Below are positions 7,527-15,661 of a stretch of DNA of 19,909 bases, one piece after another. The notes under the pieces were generated by a model. That model had not been told where the DNA came from, did not search any database, and was given only the letters and a program-made list of their open reading frames with translations. Position 1 is the first letter of the stretch. Each line of letters starts with the position of its first letter. The stretch comes from Candidatus Halobeggiatoa sp. HSG11 (GTDB lineage Bacteria; Pseudomonadota; Gammaproteobacteria; Beggiatoales; Beggiatoaceae): positions 1 to 19,909 of the forward strand of contig JAUCGL010000088.1 of NCBI GenBank assembly GCA_030378105.1, given 5' to 3'. The translations under genes were made by a program, and so were the position numbers.

Positions 7527-10103
7527 TCATTTTTTACAAGTTAAAGAAGCCAATTTTTCAGTTGAATTTTTAACCGAAACTGTTGTTTTAATAGGCAATA
7601 TTTCGGATAACAACGGTCCACTTGGCAATAAATCGTCCAATGAGTTAGGCGAACCTTCACTTGGTATAACAACAAAGCTACTCATATTTTCAGTTATCCT
7701 TTGACCACAAGGAGTTTTCATTTGATTACTAGCATCCACAACTTTATCTGGTAACACAACCAAAAAACCATCCAAATCAACATCTATAGACTCAATTGCT
7801 ACTTCACCATCCAAACCCAAATTTGAGGAAGCACTGATTAAACTATTTGGAGAGGTAATGAACTGTTCAGATTTAATACTTATGTTACCACCATGTCCTG
7901 CATCAGCTTGTGTTTTGATTTTGCCTTGATTTAACACTACAAAATTAGGATTTTTGATGGTGATGTTACCGCCACTTCCTACTCCCTTTGCAACACTGGT
8001 GGTTATTTCACTATTATTCAAATAAAGCAGTCTTGAAAGATTTGTTAATTCGATATTTCCTCCACCTGATAGAGTTGAGGCGGTACTTATGTTAGCATTT
8101 TCAGTTAATTGTATCTGTTGTGCTTGTAAATTAATTTGGCCAGCATCGCCAATACCATAAGCACGAGCGGAGATAGCTGAATCACCTTTAATATCCAAAA
8201 AATCGGTTTGTAAATTAATATTACCGCCTAGCCCATGAGTGTAGGTGTCAGTGAAAATTCCTGTTTGATTCGCTTGCGAATGTTGAGTAGTTAAACTAAT
8301 ATATTTTGATCGAATGTTGATACCACCACCATGTCCAACACCTATAAGCATTTCTGAAGTCGATATATCGTAAATACTATTACTCGCATTGATTTGCCCA
8401 CCTTCAGTGAGAATCAAATTTTCAGTTTGTAGGTCAATAGTACTAATTTTTTCACCCAAACCAAGTGATGATGCAGTAATTGAACCTTCCTCAGTCAAAT
8501 GAATGGTTTTGGCTTTCAACTTCAACTGTCCACCAGTACCAAGTAAAGAAAGACTTTGAATGCTACTTGTATTATGATTAACTTCCTGATTAGTACTTGG
8601 TAGAAAAATAATACCATCCCGTCGTCCAGATAAAAACAAGGTATCAGCCACATCTAATTGAATACTACCCGCTAATCCAAGGTCAGCCGCTGAAGTTGCA
8701 ATAAAGGCACCTGCTGTTAGATTGATATTATTCGCTTGAATATGAATATTAGCTGCATTACCTACACTAAAACTTGCACTAGTAATAATTCCTCCAACCA
8801 TATCAAGTTGTTGAGTGTTAATATCAATATTGCCTCCTAACCCTGATGAATAAGTCGTACTATCAATATAAGAGGGTAAATCTATAAACGGTACTCCATT
8901 GCGTATCCCACTTCCAACACCATATCCTGATATTAAAATAGATTCAGTTGCTTTAATAGTTAATAAACCACTTTTCCCACCAACAGATGCGTTAGAGATA
9001 CCAGCTCCATTTAAGAGAGATAACTGAGCTACTTCTATGTCAGTATTTCCACCAATAGTTTCTGCCATTGGATTGGCTGATATAGCTACTCTATCCAATA
9101 CTAATTTTGGTACTTTAATGGTTATTGAACCACCATGACCACTTCCAAATGCTTTGCTAGAAAAAGATTGAAGTCCAAGATGGTTCGGGTCACTAGTAGC
9201 ATATAATAATTCTGTCAATTGAATATCCATGAGGCCCCCATCGAAGTCTCCCAAAGTATTAGTTTGCAAGGCACTATCTTGCATTTGTAACCACCCACCA
9301 CGAATTTTAAGGTTGCCACTGCCTAAGCTACTGGTATCCACTAGAGTACGATTGAGAGAAATGTCGCCTCCTTGTCCGGTGATGGTTAAATCATTATTAC
9401 TCACAATCACTTCGCCACTCGAACCAATTGCTGTTAGATTGAGTGTACCGCCAGTGGTTTTGAGGAAGGAAGTTGCAAAGGTCGCATAAATATTCAAGTC
9501 ATCAAATTGGATTGGCAAAGTTCCCTGTAATTGTAAATCTCCACCAATTAATGACAAGGATTTGAATGGCGGAACTAACAAAGTACTGTCCTGCGTGGTA
9601 ATTGGAGCTGGTGAATCACCAAGGAATCCAAATGCTTCAATTGGAGCAATGGTCAACAAACTGTCACTCGGATTGCGAACATCAAACCGGCCATTTTCCC
9701 CCAAACGTAAATAATCAGCAGTGCTGGCATGAAAGCTTCCTTGTATGTCTAATTGAGCATTTGGCCCAAACATAATTCCATATGGATTGAGGAAATAGAA
9801 ATTTGCATTGGGAATTGTTGAGCGAAGTAGCCCATCAATATTGGATGGATTGCCACCAGTTACCCGACTGATTATATTTTGCACTGAATTTGGCCCAGAA
9901 AATGTTGCTGATTCTGAACTATTCAAGTTAAAGTCTTGGAAGCTGTGGAATAGGTTGCCGCCGTGTTGCTGGCCTAAATCTGCTTCGATTTGAAAATCGG
10001 GGCCGGGTAGGTTAATATTTTGGCCGAGTGTGCCATCAGTGATAACTTCGGCGTTGATTGATAGAGAAGTGACTAATAAAGGTATAGTTATTAAGTATTT
10101 CAT
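7527..10103 (-). CDS. TPS-domain exoprotein, paralog 2 (TpsA-like).
   Basis: 858 aa. N-terminal ~185 aa are ~90% identical to paralog 1, including all TPS motifs. Conserved C-proximal block GGNITIKNPNFVVLNQGKIKTQADAGHGGNI...SPNSLISASSNLGLDGEVAIESIDVDL. Divergent central Gly-rich repeats and a divergent 81-aa tail. AAGGA SD. Confidence 0.85.
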   Translation of the reverse strand: MKYLITIPLLVTSLSINAEVITDGTLGQNINLPGPDFQIEADLGQQHGGNLFHSFQDFNLNSSESATFSGPNSVQNIISRVTGGNPSNIDGLLRSTIPNANFYFLNPYGIMFGPNAQLDIQGSFHASTADYLRLGENGRFDVRNPSDSLLTIAPIEAFGFLGDSPAPITTQDSTLLVPPFKSLSLIGGDLQLQGTLPIQFDDLNIYATFATSFLKTTGGTLNLTAIGSSGEVIVSNNDLTITGQGGDISLNRTLVDTSSLGSGNLKIRGGWLQMQDSALQTNTLGDFDGGLMDIQLTELLYATSDPNHLGLQSFSSKAFGSGHGGSITIKVPKLVLDRVAISANPMAETIGGNTDIEVAQLSLLNGAGISNASVGGKSGLLTIKATESILISGYGVGSGIRNGVPFIDLPSYIDSTTYSSGLGGNIDINTQQLDMVGGIITSASFSVGNAANIHIQANNINLTAGAFIATSAADLGLAGSIQLDVADTLFLSGRRDGIIFLPSTNQEVNHNTSSIQSLSLLGTGGQLKLKAKTIHLTEEGSITASSLGLGEKISTIDLQTENLILTEGGQINASNSIYDISTSEMLIGVGHGGGINIRSKYISLTTQHSQANQTGIFTDTYTHGLGGNINLQTDFLDIKGDSAISARAYGIGDAGQINLQAQQIQLTENANISTASTLSGGGNIELTNLSRLLYLNNSEITTSVAKGVGSGGNITIKNPNFVVLNQGKIKTQADAGHGGNISIKSEQFITSPNSLISASSNLGLDGEVAIESIDVDLDGFLVVLPDKVVDASNQMKTPCGQRITENMSSFVVIPSEGSPNSLDDLLPSGPLLSEILPIKTTVSVKNSTEKLASLTCKK

Positions 10104-10123
10104 TTTATTTTTCCTTTTAAATT

Positions 10124-10800
10124 GCCTGAATCAGGATTTTCAAAATTATAGAATTTTCAGGATAAATTCACAAGCTAGTTTTGTTCCATCCTGTTAATTC
10201 TCAAATTCTCAAACGGTTGCAAATCATATAATTTTCTGGTTAAATAGTTGGTAATTGGTTTAGGGTAGTTCGTAAACAACCCCAAGCCTAGACAATTAAC
10301 TATCGTTGCTAGTCTTGCCGTGCAATCATTATTAATCCAAAACTTCGTTGGTACATCAAGGGCAGCAAATACCCATAATTGATGTTTTTTGCTCTGTAAA
10401 ATATGACCATAATTCATCCATTTGTACGAATAGTAAATTTAGTCCAATTGTTATGCAAAGAAATGTATGAAATACTTTACTTTTTTCACCAATAGCTTCG
10501 ACCCACCGTTCAATAGTTCTGACATCATGTCCTATAATATTATGCGATCTGTCCTACAGATAATCCACAGGAACACATTTTCGCAACCATTTCATATTCA
10601 TAAAAACTACCTTGCTTTTTAAACAAGCCTGAATACCTTGTTTCTGAAAAACGATGATTACCACCATGACACTTCAACATTTGTCGGGGGATAGAGTCAG
10701 ATTTTGTTGTATAAACACCATCTTTGGTTATTGTAATTCATTGGGTCTTGGTAGCAGGGACATTTTTTATCTGGACATAAAAGTTGTATTTTTGTATTAA
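10124..10800 (-). mobile_element. Degenerate IS1-family insertion sequence (~0.7 kb) with frameshifted/stop-interrupted insA-like and insB-like reading frames.
   Basis: Minus-strand translations: ITKDGVYTTKSDSIPRQMLKCHGGNHRF (cf. IS1 InsA ...[25 protein letters not shown]) and KMCSCGLSVGQIA (HTH-like). MDELWSYF then, after a frameshift, SKKHQLWVFAALD...CTARLATIVNCLGL (cf. IS1 InsB [22 protein letters not shown]...GERTMATLGRLMSLL). The size matches IS1 (~768 bp). Comparison to IS1 is from memory, not a database search. Confidence 0.6.
10175..10760 (-). pseudogene. IS1-family transposase (insA/insB-like) pseudogene with multiple frameshifts and stops.
   Basis: As above. The tracked ORF 10175..10417 is only its 3' fragment. 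Confidence 0.55.
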
Positions 10801-10877
10801 TTTTTTCGCACATATATTACCATAATTTTATTAAGTGTTTATATCTGTATAAAATATTATGATAACATACCTGCATT

Positions 10878-10985
10878 GGTTTGTGGGGACTACCGTTTTT
10901 CAGATAAATAATTTCACTTAAAACCTACGAGGTTTCCAAAACCTAGCAGGTTTCACACGAATGTATCTTAATGGATGTCTATAGG
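10878..10985 (-). repeat. Family H hairpin element, inverted copy (aaacctacgagg-tttccaaaa-cctagcaggttt).
   Basis: Reverse complement aligns with 4706..4806 over ~100 bp, including the flanking ttatttatctgaaaaa module. Confidence 0.7.
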
Positions 10986-11075
10986 TTCACCCCTTCGGGG
11001 TTAACAATTGATTCATAAACCCTGAAAGGGTTGAATGTGAATAACCACCGATGAAATCGGTGGAATATAGTAAGT
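10978..11075 (+). ncRNA. Candidate structured RNA or repeat element (family T): three consecutive hairpins capped by UUCG, GAAA and GAAA-type loops.
   Basis: caCCCCttcgGGGG; AACCCTgaaaGGGTT; CCACCGATgaaATCGGTGG. The stable tetraloops occur only when read on the + strand. A decayed inverse copy lies at 15120..15245. Confidence 0.4.
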
Positions 11076-11111
11076 CCCATAATTTGGCATTCTTCAACAC
11101 ATATTTGACAG

Positions 11112-11206
11112 TTATTTCGGGAATGAAACGAAGTGGATTTCCCAAAATCTAAATTAAGCAATCGTTTCGGGAAATACGTTTCACTTCATTCCCGAAACAA
11201 CTGTTC
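11112..11206. repeat. Nested long-range inverted repeat: outer arms tttcgggaatgaa[acg]aagtg / cacttcattcccgaaa with a 3-nt bulge; inner atttccc / gggaaat.
   Basis: Direct reading. No ORF; gene-free region. Confidence 0.6.
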
Positions 11207-11404
11207 ACTAATTTTTAATTTTTTACATCCATAAATTGGGATACAAAAATTAGTCAAAATAGCTGTTTTTCGACAGGCTAGTCAGATTCCCATTCCCATG
11301 AGGACATGATTTCGTGGGCATGACAATTAATTATTTTTATCAACGAATCTATTATAGTCAGTCATAGGCGTTCTGGATAATTCATAACTAATTGATATAT
11401 ATAT

Positions 11405-11485
11405 TTAATTATGAATGGTTAACTGTGAATATTTAATTGTTAATGAAAGTCAAAATCATTAATAATTAACCATTCATAATTAATA
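11405..11485. repeat. 18-bp inverted repeat (ttaattatgaatggttaac ... gttaaccattcataatta) with a ~40-bp AT-rich spacer, immediately 3' of the flotillin gene.
   Basis: Direct reading. Possible terminator or protein-binding palindrome. Confidence 0.5.
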
Positions 11486-11498
11486 ATTGCTATACCAT

Positions 11499-12878
11499 TC
11501 AATCCTTATCCGCATTTGATATATCAGAATCAGTCTTTGGCTTAAGAATTTTACCAAGAGTTTCAGGTAATTCAACACCAGACATATTTGCAAATTCATG
11601 TAATGGTGGCAAAATTTTTGTGATACTAGAAATCCAATTAGCTGTTGTTGAATGATCACCATTAGCTGTATCCATAACCACAATTTTATCAAACTTAATA
11701 TTGCTGATAGCTTTGGATTGAGCATCAACAATTTTTGGTAATTGCTCAATAACCATCAGAGTTGCGGCCTTATCTGGATCGCCACCAATAGCAGCTACAA
11801 TAGCCTTGAAACCATCAGCTTTTTTAGCCATTTGCTCATAGATACCTTTGGCTTGTCCAGACATTTCTGCTTTCAGTGCTTCACCTTTACCCTGCCCGTC
11901 AAGAACCATCTGAGCTTTTTTAGCTTCTGCATCAATAATTTGTTTATCTTTTGCAATTTCTGCTGGTACAACAACATCAGCTTGTTGAGTTGCACGTTCT
12001 CGTTCTGCACGAGCAACTTCAGCTTGCTGTTCTGCTACATAACCAGCTTCTTGAGCTGCTGCGGTTTGTACTGCTTCGGCAGAATCACCACGCCGTTTAG
12101 CATCTGCTTCTGCTTCTCGACGATCAGCGTTGGAATTAGCTTCAACAACCATTGCTTTATTTTCACCAGTTATAGCTCGTGCATTAGCATCAGCAACATT
12201 AACTCGTTCTTCTTGTTTAGCATTTGCGGAACCAGTTTCACCATCTCGCTGTTGTTGAGCAACTTGAACTTTAGCACGGTTAATCGCTTCAGCAGCAGCT
12301 TTTTCACCCAAAGCTTTCAAATAGCCTGATTCGTCAGTGATATCAGCAATATTGACATTAATAAGCCGTAAACCAATTTTTTTCAGTTCACTTTCGATAT
12401 TTTCCATCACTTTCTGGCTAAACGTGTCACGATCAGCATTGATTTCTTCAATATTCATCGTTGCGATAGTTGCTCGCAATTGGCCTAAAATAATTTCTTG
12501 GGCCATTGCTTCAAGAGCGTCTGGAGTGAGGCCGAGTATACGAATGGAAGCATTGTGCATAAGCTCTTCAGTAGTGCCAATACCAAAAGTAAATTTGGAA
12601 GGAACATTGACACGAATATTTTGTTTAGAAAGAGCTGATTTTAATGGAACATCGGTGGTTATTGGAGTTAAATCCAAATAGGAATATTGCTGGATAAATG
12701 GCCACACAAATGCGGCTCCACCATGAATTGGTAACGCAGATTTGCCGGCACCAATTTTACCATATTTAACTAGAATTTTATTGGAAGGACAGGTTTTATA
12801 ACGGCCAACAAATATTGAAAAAAAACCTATGATAAACAAACCAATGATGACTGCGACTACTATATAATATGTAAACAT
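11499..12878 (-). CDS. Flotillin-like SPFH/Band-7 domain protein (YqiK/FloT family).
   Basis: 459 aa. N-terminal TM helix (YYIVVAVIIGLFIIGFFSIFV). SPFH core, then a long Ala/Glu/Gln-rich coiled coil (EAEADAKRR...AEQQAEVARAERERA) and a flotillin C-terminal region. Confidence 0.85.
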   Translation of the reverse strand: MFTYYIVVAVIIGLFIIGFFSIFVGRYKTCPSNKILVKYGKIGAGKSALPIHGGAAFVWPFIQQYSYLDLTPITTDVPLKSALSKQNIRVNVPSKFTFGIGTTEELMHNASIRILGLTPDALEAMAQEIILGQLRATIATMNIEEINADRDTFSQKVMENIESELKKIGLRLINVNIADITDESGYLKALGEKAAAEAINRAKVQVAQQQRDGETGSANAKQEERVNVADANARAITGENKAMVVEANSNADRREAEADAKRRGDSAEAVQTAAAQEAGYVAEQQAEVARAERERATQQADVVVPAEIAKDKQIIDAEAKKAQMVLDGQGKGEALKAEMSGQAKGIYEQMAKKADGFKAIVAAIGGDPDKAATLMVIEQLPKIVDAQSKAISNIKFDKIVVMDTANGDHSTTANWISSITKILPPLHEFANMSGVELPETLGKILKPKTDSDISNADKD

Positions 12879-12968
12879 AATTTAACCCTTGTTAGTTTAT
12901 AAGAATGACTATGAATGGTTTTATATATTAACTCATTGTTATTTGAGCATAAAACAGGATTTAATGCT

Positions 12969-12992
12969 CCTCTCCTTGATTAAGGAGAGGTA
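12969..12992 (-). terminator. Stem-loop (cctctcctt-gat-taaggagagg) downstream of rpiA. A weak intrinsic terminator or a leader structure for the flotillin gene.
   Basis: 9-bp perfect stem; the downstream T-tract is poor. Confidence 0.3.
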
Positions 12993-13020
12993 AGGAAAGA
13001 GCAGAAATTATGAGAAATAA

Positions 13021-13677
13021 CTACTCTAAAATTTTAACGCCATCATCACTTCCCAACAACAATACATCAGCCCCACGAGCTGCAAATAAACCATTTGTCA
13101 CCACACCAGTTATTTGATTAAGTTTAGTCTCTAAAGCAACTGGTTCACTTATTTGCAAATTGTGTATATCTAAGATTAAATTACCATTATCAGTAACAAA
13201 ATCTTTTCTCCACATAGGTTGACCGCCAAGTTTAACTATTTCTCTTGCGACATAACTACGTGCCATTGGAATAACTTCAACTGGTAGCGGAAATTTACCA
13301 AGCATATCAACTAATTTACTATCATCAGCTATACACACAAACCGTTTACTTACCGCAGCCACTATTTTTTCACGAGTTAAGGCTCCACCACCACCTTTAA
13401 TCAAATGTAAATGGCGATTGGATTCATCAGCACCATCAATATACACAGAAATTTCATCCACACCATTTAAATCCAATACTGGAATTCCATGTGATTTCAA
13501 TCTTTCCGCAGTAGCATCGGAACTAGCAACTGTCCCTTCAATTTTATGCTTAATTGCAGCCAAAGCATCAACAAAATGATTAGCTGTACTACCAGTACCA
13601 ATACCAATTATTGTATTTTCAACAACATATTCTAAAGCTGCCTTTGCAACTTGTTGTTTTTTTTCATCTGGGGTCAA
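13021..13677 (-). CDS. rpiA: Ribose-5-phosphate isomerase A.
   Basis: 218 aa. GIGTGSTA motif, DGADE and [11 protein letters not shown] motifs typical of RpiA. Confidence 0.9.
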   Translation of the reverse strand: MTPDEKKQQVAKAALEYVVENTIIGIGTGSTANHFVDALAAIKHKIEGTVASSDATAERLKSHGIPVLDLNGVDEISVYIDGADESNRHLHLIKGGGGALTREKIVAAVSKRFVCIADDSKLVDMLGKFPLPVEVIPMARSYVAREIVKLGGQPMWRKDFVTDNGNLILDIHNLQISEPVALETKLNQITGVVTNGLFAARGADVLLLGSDDGVKILE

Positions 13678-13692
13678 AATATAATTCTCCGT

Positions 13693-14472
13693 TTACACCA
13701 TACCAAGGATGTTAAAACCACAATCAACATAGGTTATTTCACCAGTGATTGCGGAAGCTAAATCAGAACATAAAAAAGCAGCAGTATTACCAACTTCTTC
13801 GATGGTAACATTACGCCGTAAAGGAGAATTTTTCTCAAAATAATCTAACATGCTACGAAAATCAGCAATTCCAGAAGCGGCTAAAGTACGAATTGGGCCA
13901 GCAGAAATAGCATTAACTCTTATGCCTTCTGGTCCTAAACCATGAGCTAAATAACGAACATTGGCTTCTAAACTGGCTTTAGCCAACCCCATAACGTTAT
14001 AATTAGGAACTGCACGCACAGCACCAAGATAACTTAAGGTCAATAAAGCTCCATTACGTCCTTGCATCATACTACGACCAGCTTTTGCTAGAGCAGAAAA
14101 ACTGTAAGAACTTATTTCATGAGCCGTTTTAAAACCTTCTCGACTTGAATTGTCCAAATATGCACCATTTAGTTCTTCTCTTGGTGCAAAAGCGACTGAA
14201 TGAATAATTATATCTAACCCATCATCCCAAGTTTTTTGTAATTCAGCAAATACATTGTCAATTTGTTCATCACTACTTACATCACAAGGTATTGTTATAT
14301 CAGATTTACAATCAGTTGCCATTTTAACAACTCTACTTTGTAATTTATCATTTTGATAAGTAAAAGCCAGTTCTGCTCCTTCACGATGCATAGCTTGAGC
14401 TACTCCCCAAGCGATAGAACGGTTACTTGCCAAGCCAACAATTAAGGCTCGTTTACCACTTAACATTCCCAT
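13693..14472 (-). CDS. fabI: Enoyl-[acyl-carrier-protein] reductase (NADH), FabI.
   Basis: Start taken at [16 protein letters not shown] (AGGA SD upstream) rather than the ORF-track Met at 14523. Short-chain dehydrogenase (SDR) fold with Tyr and Lys in the FabI-typical YxxxxxxK spacing. 15-bp gap to rpiA, so a likely operon. Confidence 0.85.
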   Translation of the reverse strand: MGMLSGKRALIVGLASNRSIAWGVAQAMHREGAELAFTYQNDKLQSRVVKMATDCKSDITIPCDVSSDEQIDNVFAELQKTWDDGLDIIIHSVAFAPREELNGAYLDNSSREGFKTAHEISSYSFSALAKAGRSMMQGRNGALLTLSYLGAVRAVPNYNVMGLAKASLEANVRYLAHGLGPEGIRVNAISAGPIRTLAASGIADFRSMLDYFEKNSPLRRNVTIEEVGNTAAFLCSDLASAITGEITYVDCGFNILGMV

Positions 14473-14654
14473 AATTATCCTATTTTGTTTAATGTAATAA
14501 AAATTTTGGAAAACATTTTGCAAGAAATTAAGAATTAATTAAATATTTAAAATTATAATTTTTCATGCAGTTTATTTTAACTTAAAATTAGATATAATTA
14601 TTTATATTTAGTTGCTATAATATTAACCAAGTAATATAAAAATTATATTCAATT

Positions 14655-15026
14655 ATGTCCAACAAACTTAGAAGAAAATTTATTCGTCATCCAACTCATA
14701 TACCTATTAAAGTAGGCTATGTTAATGATGAATATTTGCACAATAAAGAATATCTGAACAATGTGAGTTTAGGCGGTATAGCATTTGAATCAGATTCTTA
14801 TTGGAAACCAGACACTATTATTAGTATTAATATATTAAATAATACCTTACAATTTAATGGTAAGGTTGCATGGTGCAGGCAAAACAAAAATTATTTTGAT
14901 GTTGGTGTCGAATTTATCACAGAACTAGATTCTACCAAGGATGTTGATAAAAAGGAAGGGCAAATAGAATCATATAAGCAAATGTTAATAGACATTGGAG
15001 AATGTGATCAGTACTATATTATATAG
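14655..15026 (+). CDS. Single-domain PilZ (c-di-GMP-binding) protein.
   Basis: RRKFIR (RxxxR) and NVSLGGIAF (D/NxSxxG) motifs at the expected spacing. 123 aa. Confidence 0.7.
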   Translation: MSNKLRRKFIRHPTHIPIKVGYVNDEYLHNKEYLNNVSLGGIAFESDSYWKPDTIISINILNNTLQFNGKVAWCRQNKNYFDVGVEFITELDSTKDVDKKEGQIESYKQMLIDIGECDQYYII

Positions 15027-15119
15027 GACAGTCTTCTATGATTATTAGGATGGATAACAGAAATTTCATGATGTCCACAGAACATCCATATTCCGTATAT
15101 CAGTTATTAACTTAAGATT

Positions 15120-15245
15120 ACGCAGAAAGCCTTTATATTCCACCGATTTCATCAGTGACTATTCACATTCAACCCCTTCAAGATTTGAATAACCCCAACG
15201 AGGTTAAAATTAAATAGCCATAGGTGAAACCTATGGAATCAAATT
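15120..15245 (-). repeat. Degenerate inverted copy of the family T three-hairpin element.
   Basis: Reverse complement aligns with 10978..11075 (ttgaatgtgaata...gatgaaatcggtggaata). The hairpins are partly disrupted. Confidence 0.55.
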
Positions 15246-15399
15246 AAAAATGTTCTCTGCGTCAACCATCAGCTATTTAGGAAAGATGTCTAATAAAATT
15301 ACACCTCTCCTTTGAAATTTTTTTCTTAATTTTGGGGGGGAGTGAGCAATTACCTTACAATCAATCACTGGACCTGCCAAATTATTTAATTATTAATAT

Positions 15400-15661
15400 A
15401 TATTAATAATTAAGAAATTGTATTTATTTTATTAAACCATGTCTTATAATAATAATAACATTATATTTTTTATATATGTTATAAAATACAAAATGTTATG
15501 TCTATTTAACCTATTTTAACGTTAAAAATAATAAAAAAATATAACCATATTCTTCAATTTTTTGTTATTATCTGTATATTAATAAGCATTTCAACATATA
15601 ACAATACTTTCTTTAAGTATTTTATAACTTTTACTTAATAAATACCTGATTTAACAGAAAA
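15400..15661 (+). promoter_or_regulatory. Extremely AT-rich (>85% A+T) upstream region of mrcB. Probable promoter/UP-element region.
   Basis: Composition only; no sigma-70 boxes confidently assigned. Confidence 0.3.

Noticed and set aside
10175-10417. 80-aa ORF as an independent gene.
   Set aside because: It is the 3' fragment of the frameshifted IS1-family insB-like pseudogene.
10979-11161. 60-aa minus-strand ORF.
   Set aside because: It overlaps the tetraloop hairpin repeat and nested inverted repeat, with no SD. Its copy at 15120..15245 does not conserve the reading frame.
11112-11206. Integron attC recombination site (bulged imperfect palindrome).
   Set aside because: The terminal core sites do not match RYYYAAC / GTTRRRY on either strand, and no intI is visible.
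11742-12681. Plus-strand ORFs 11742..12329 and 12337..12681, and minus ORF 11480..11749.
   Set aside because: They are antisense or overlapping to the well-supported flotillin CDS. Ser/Phe/Cys-rich low-complexity translations.
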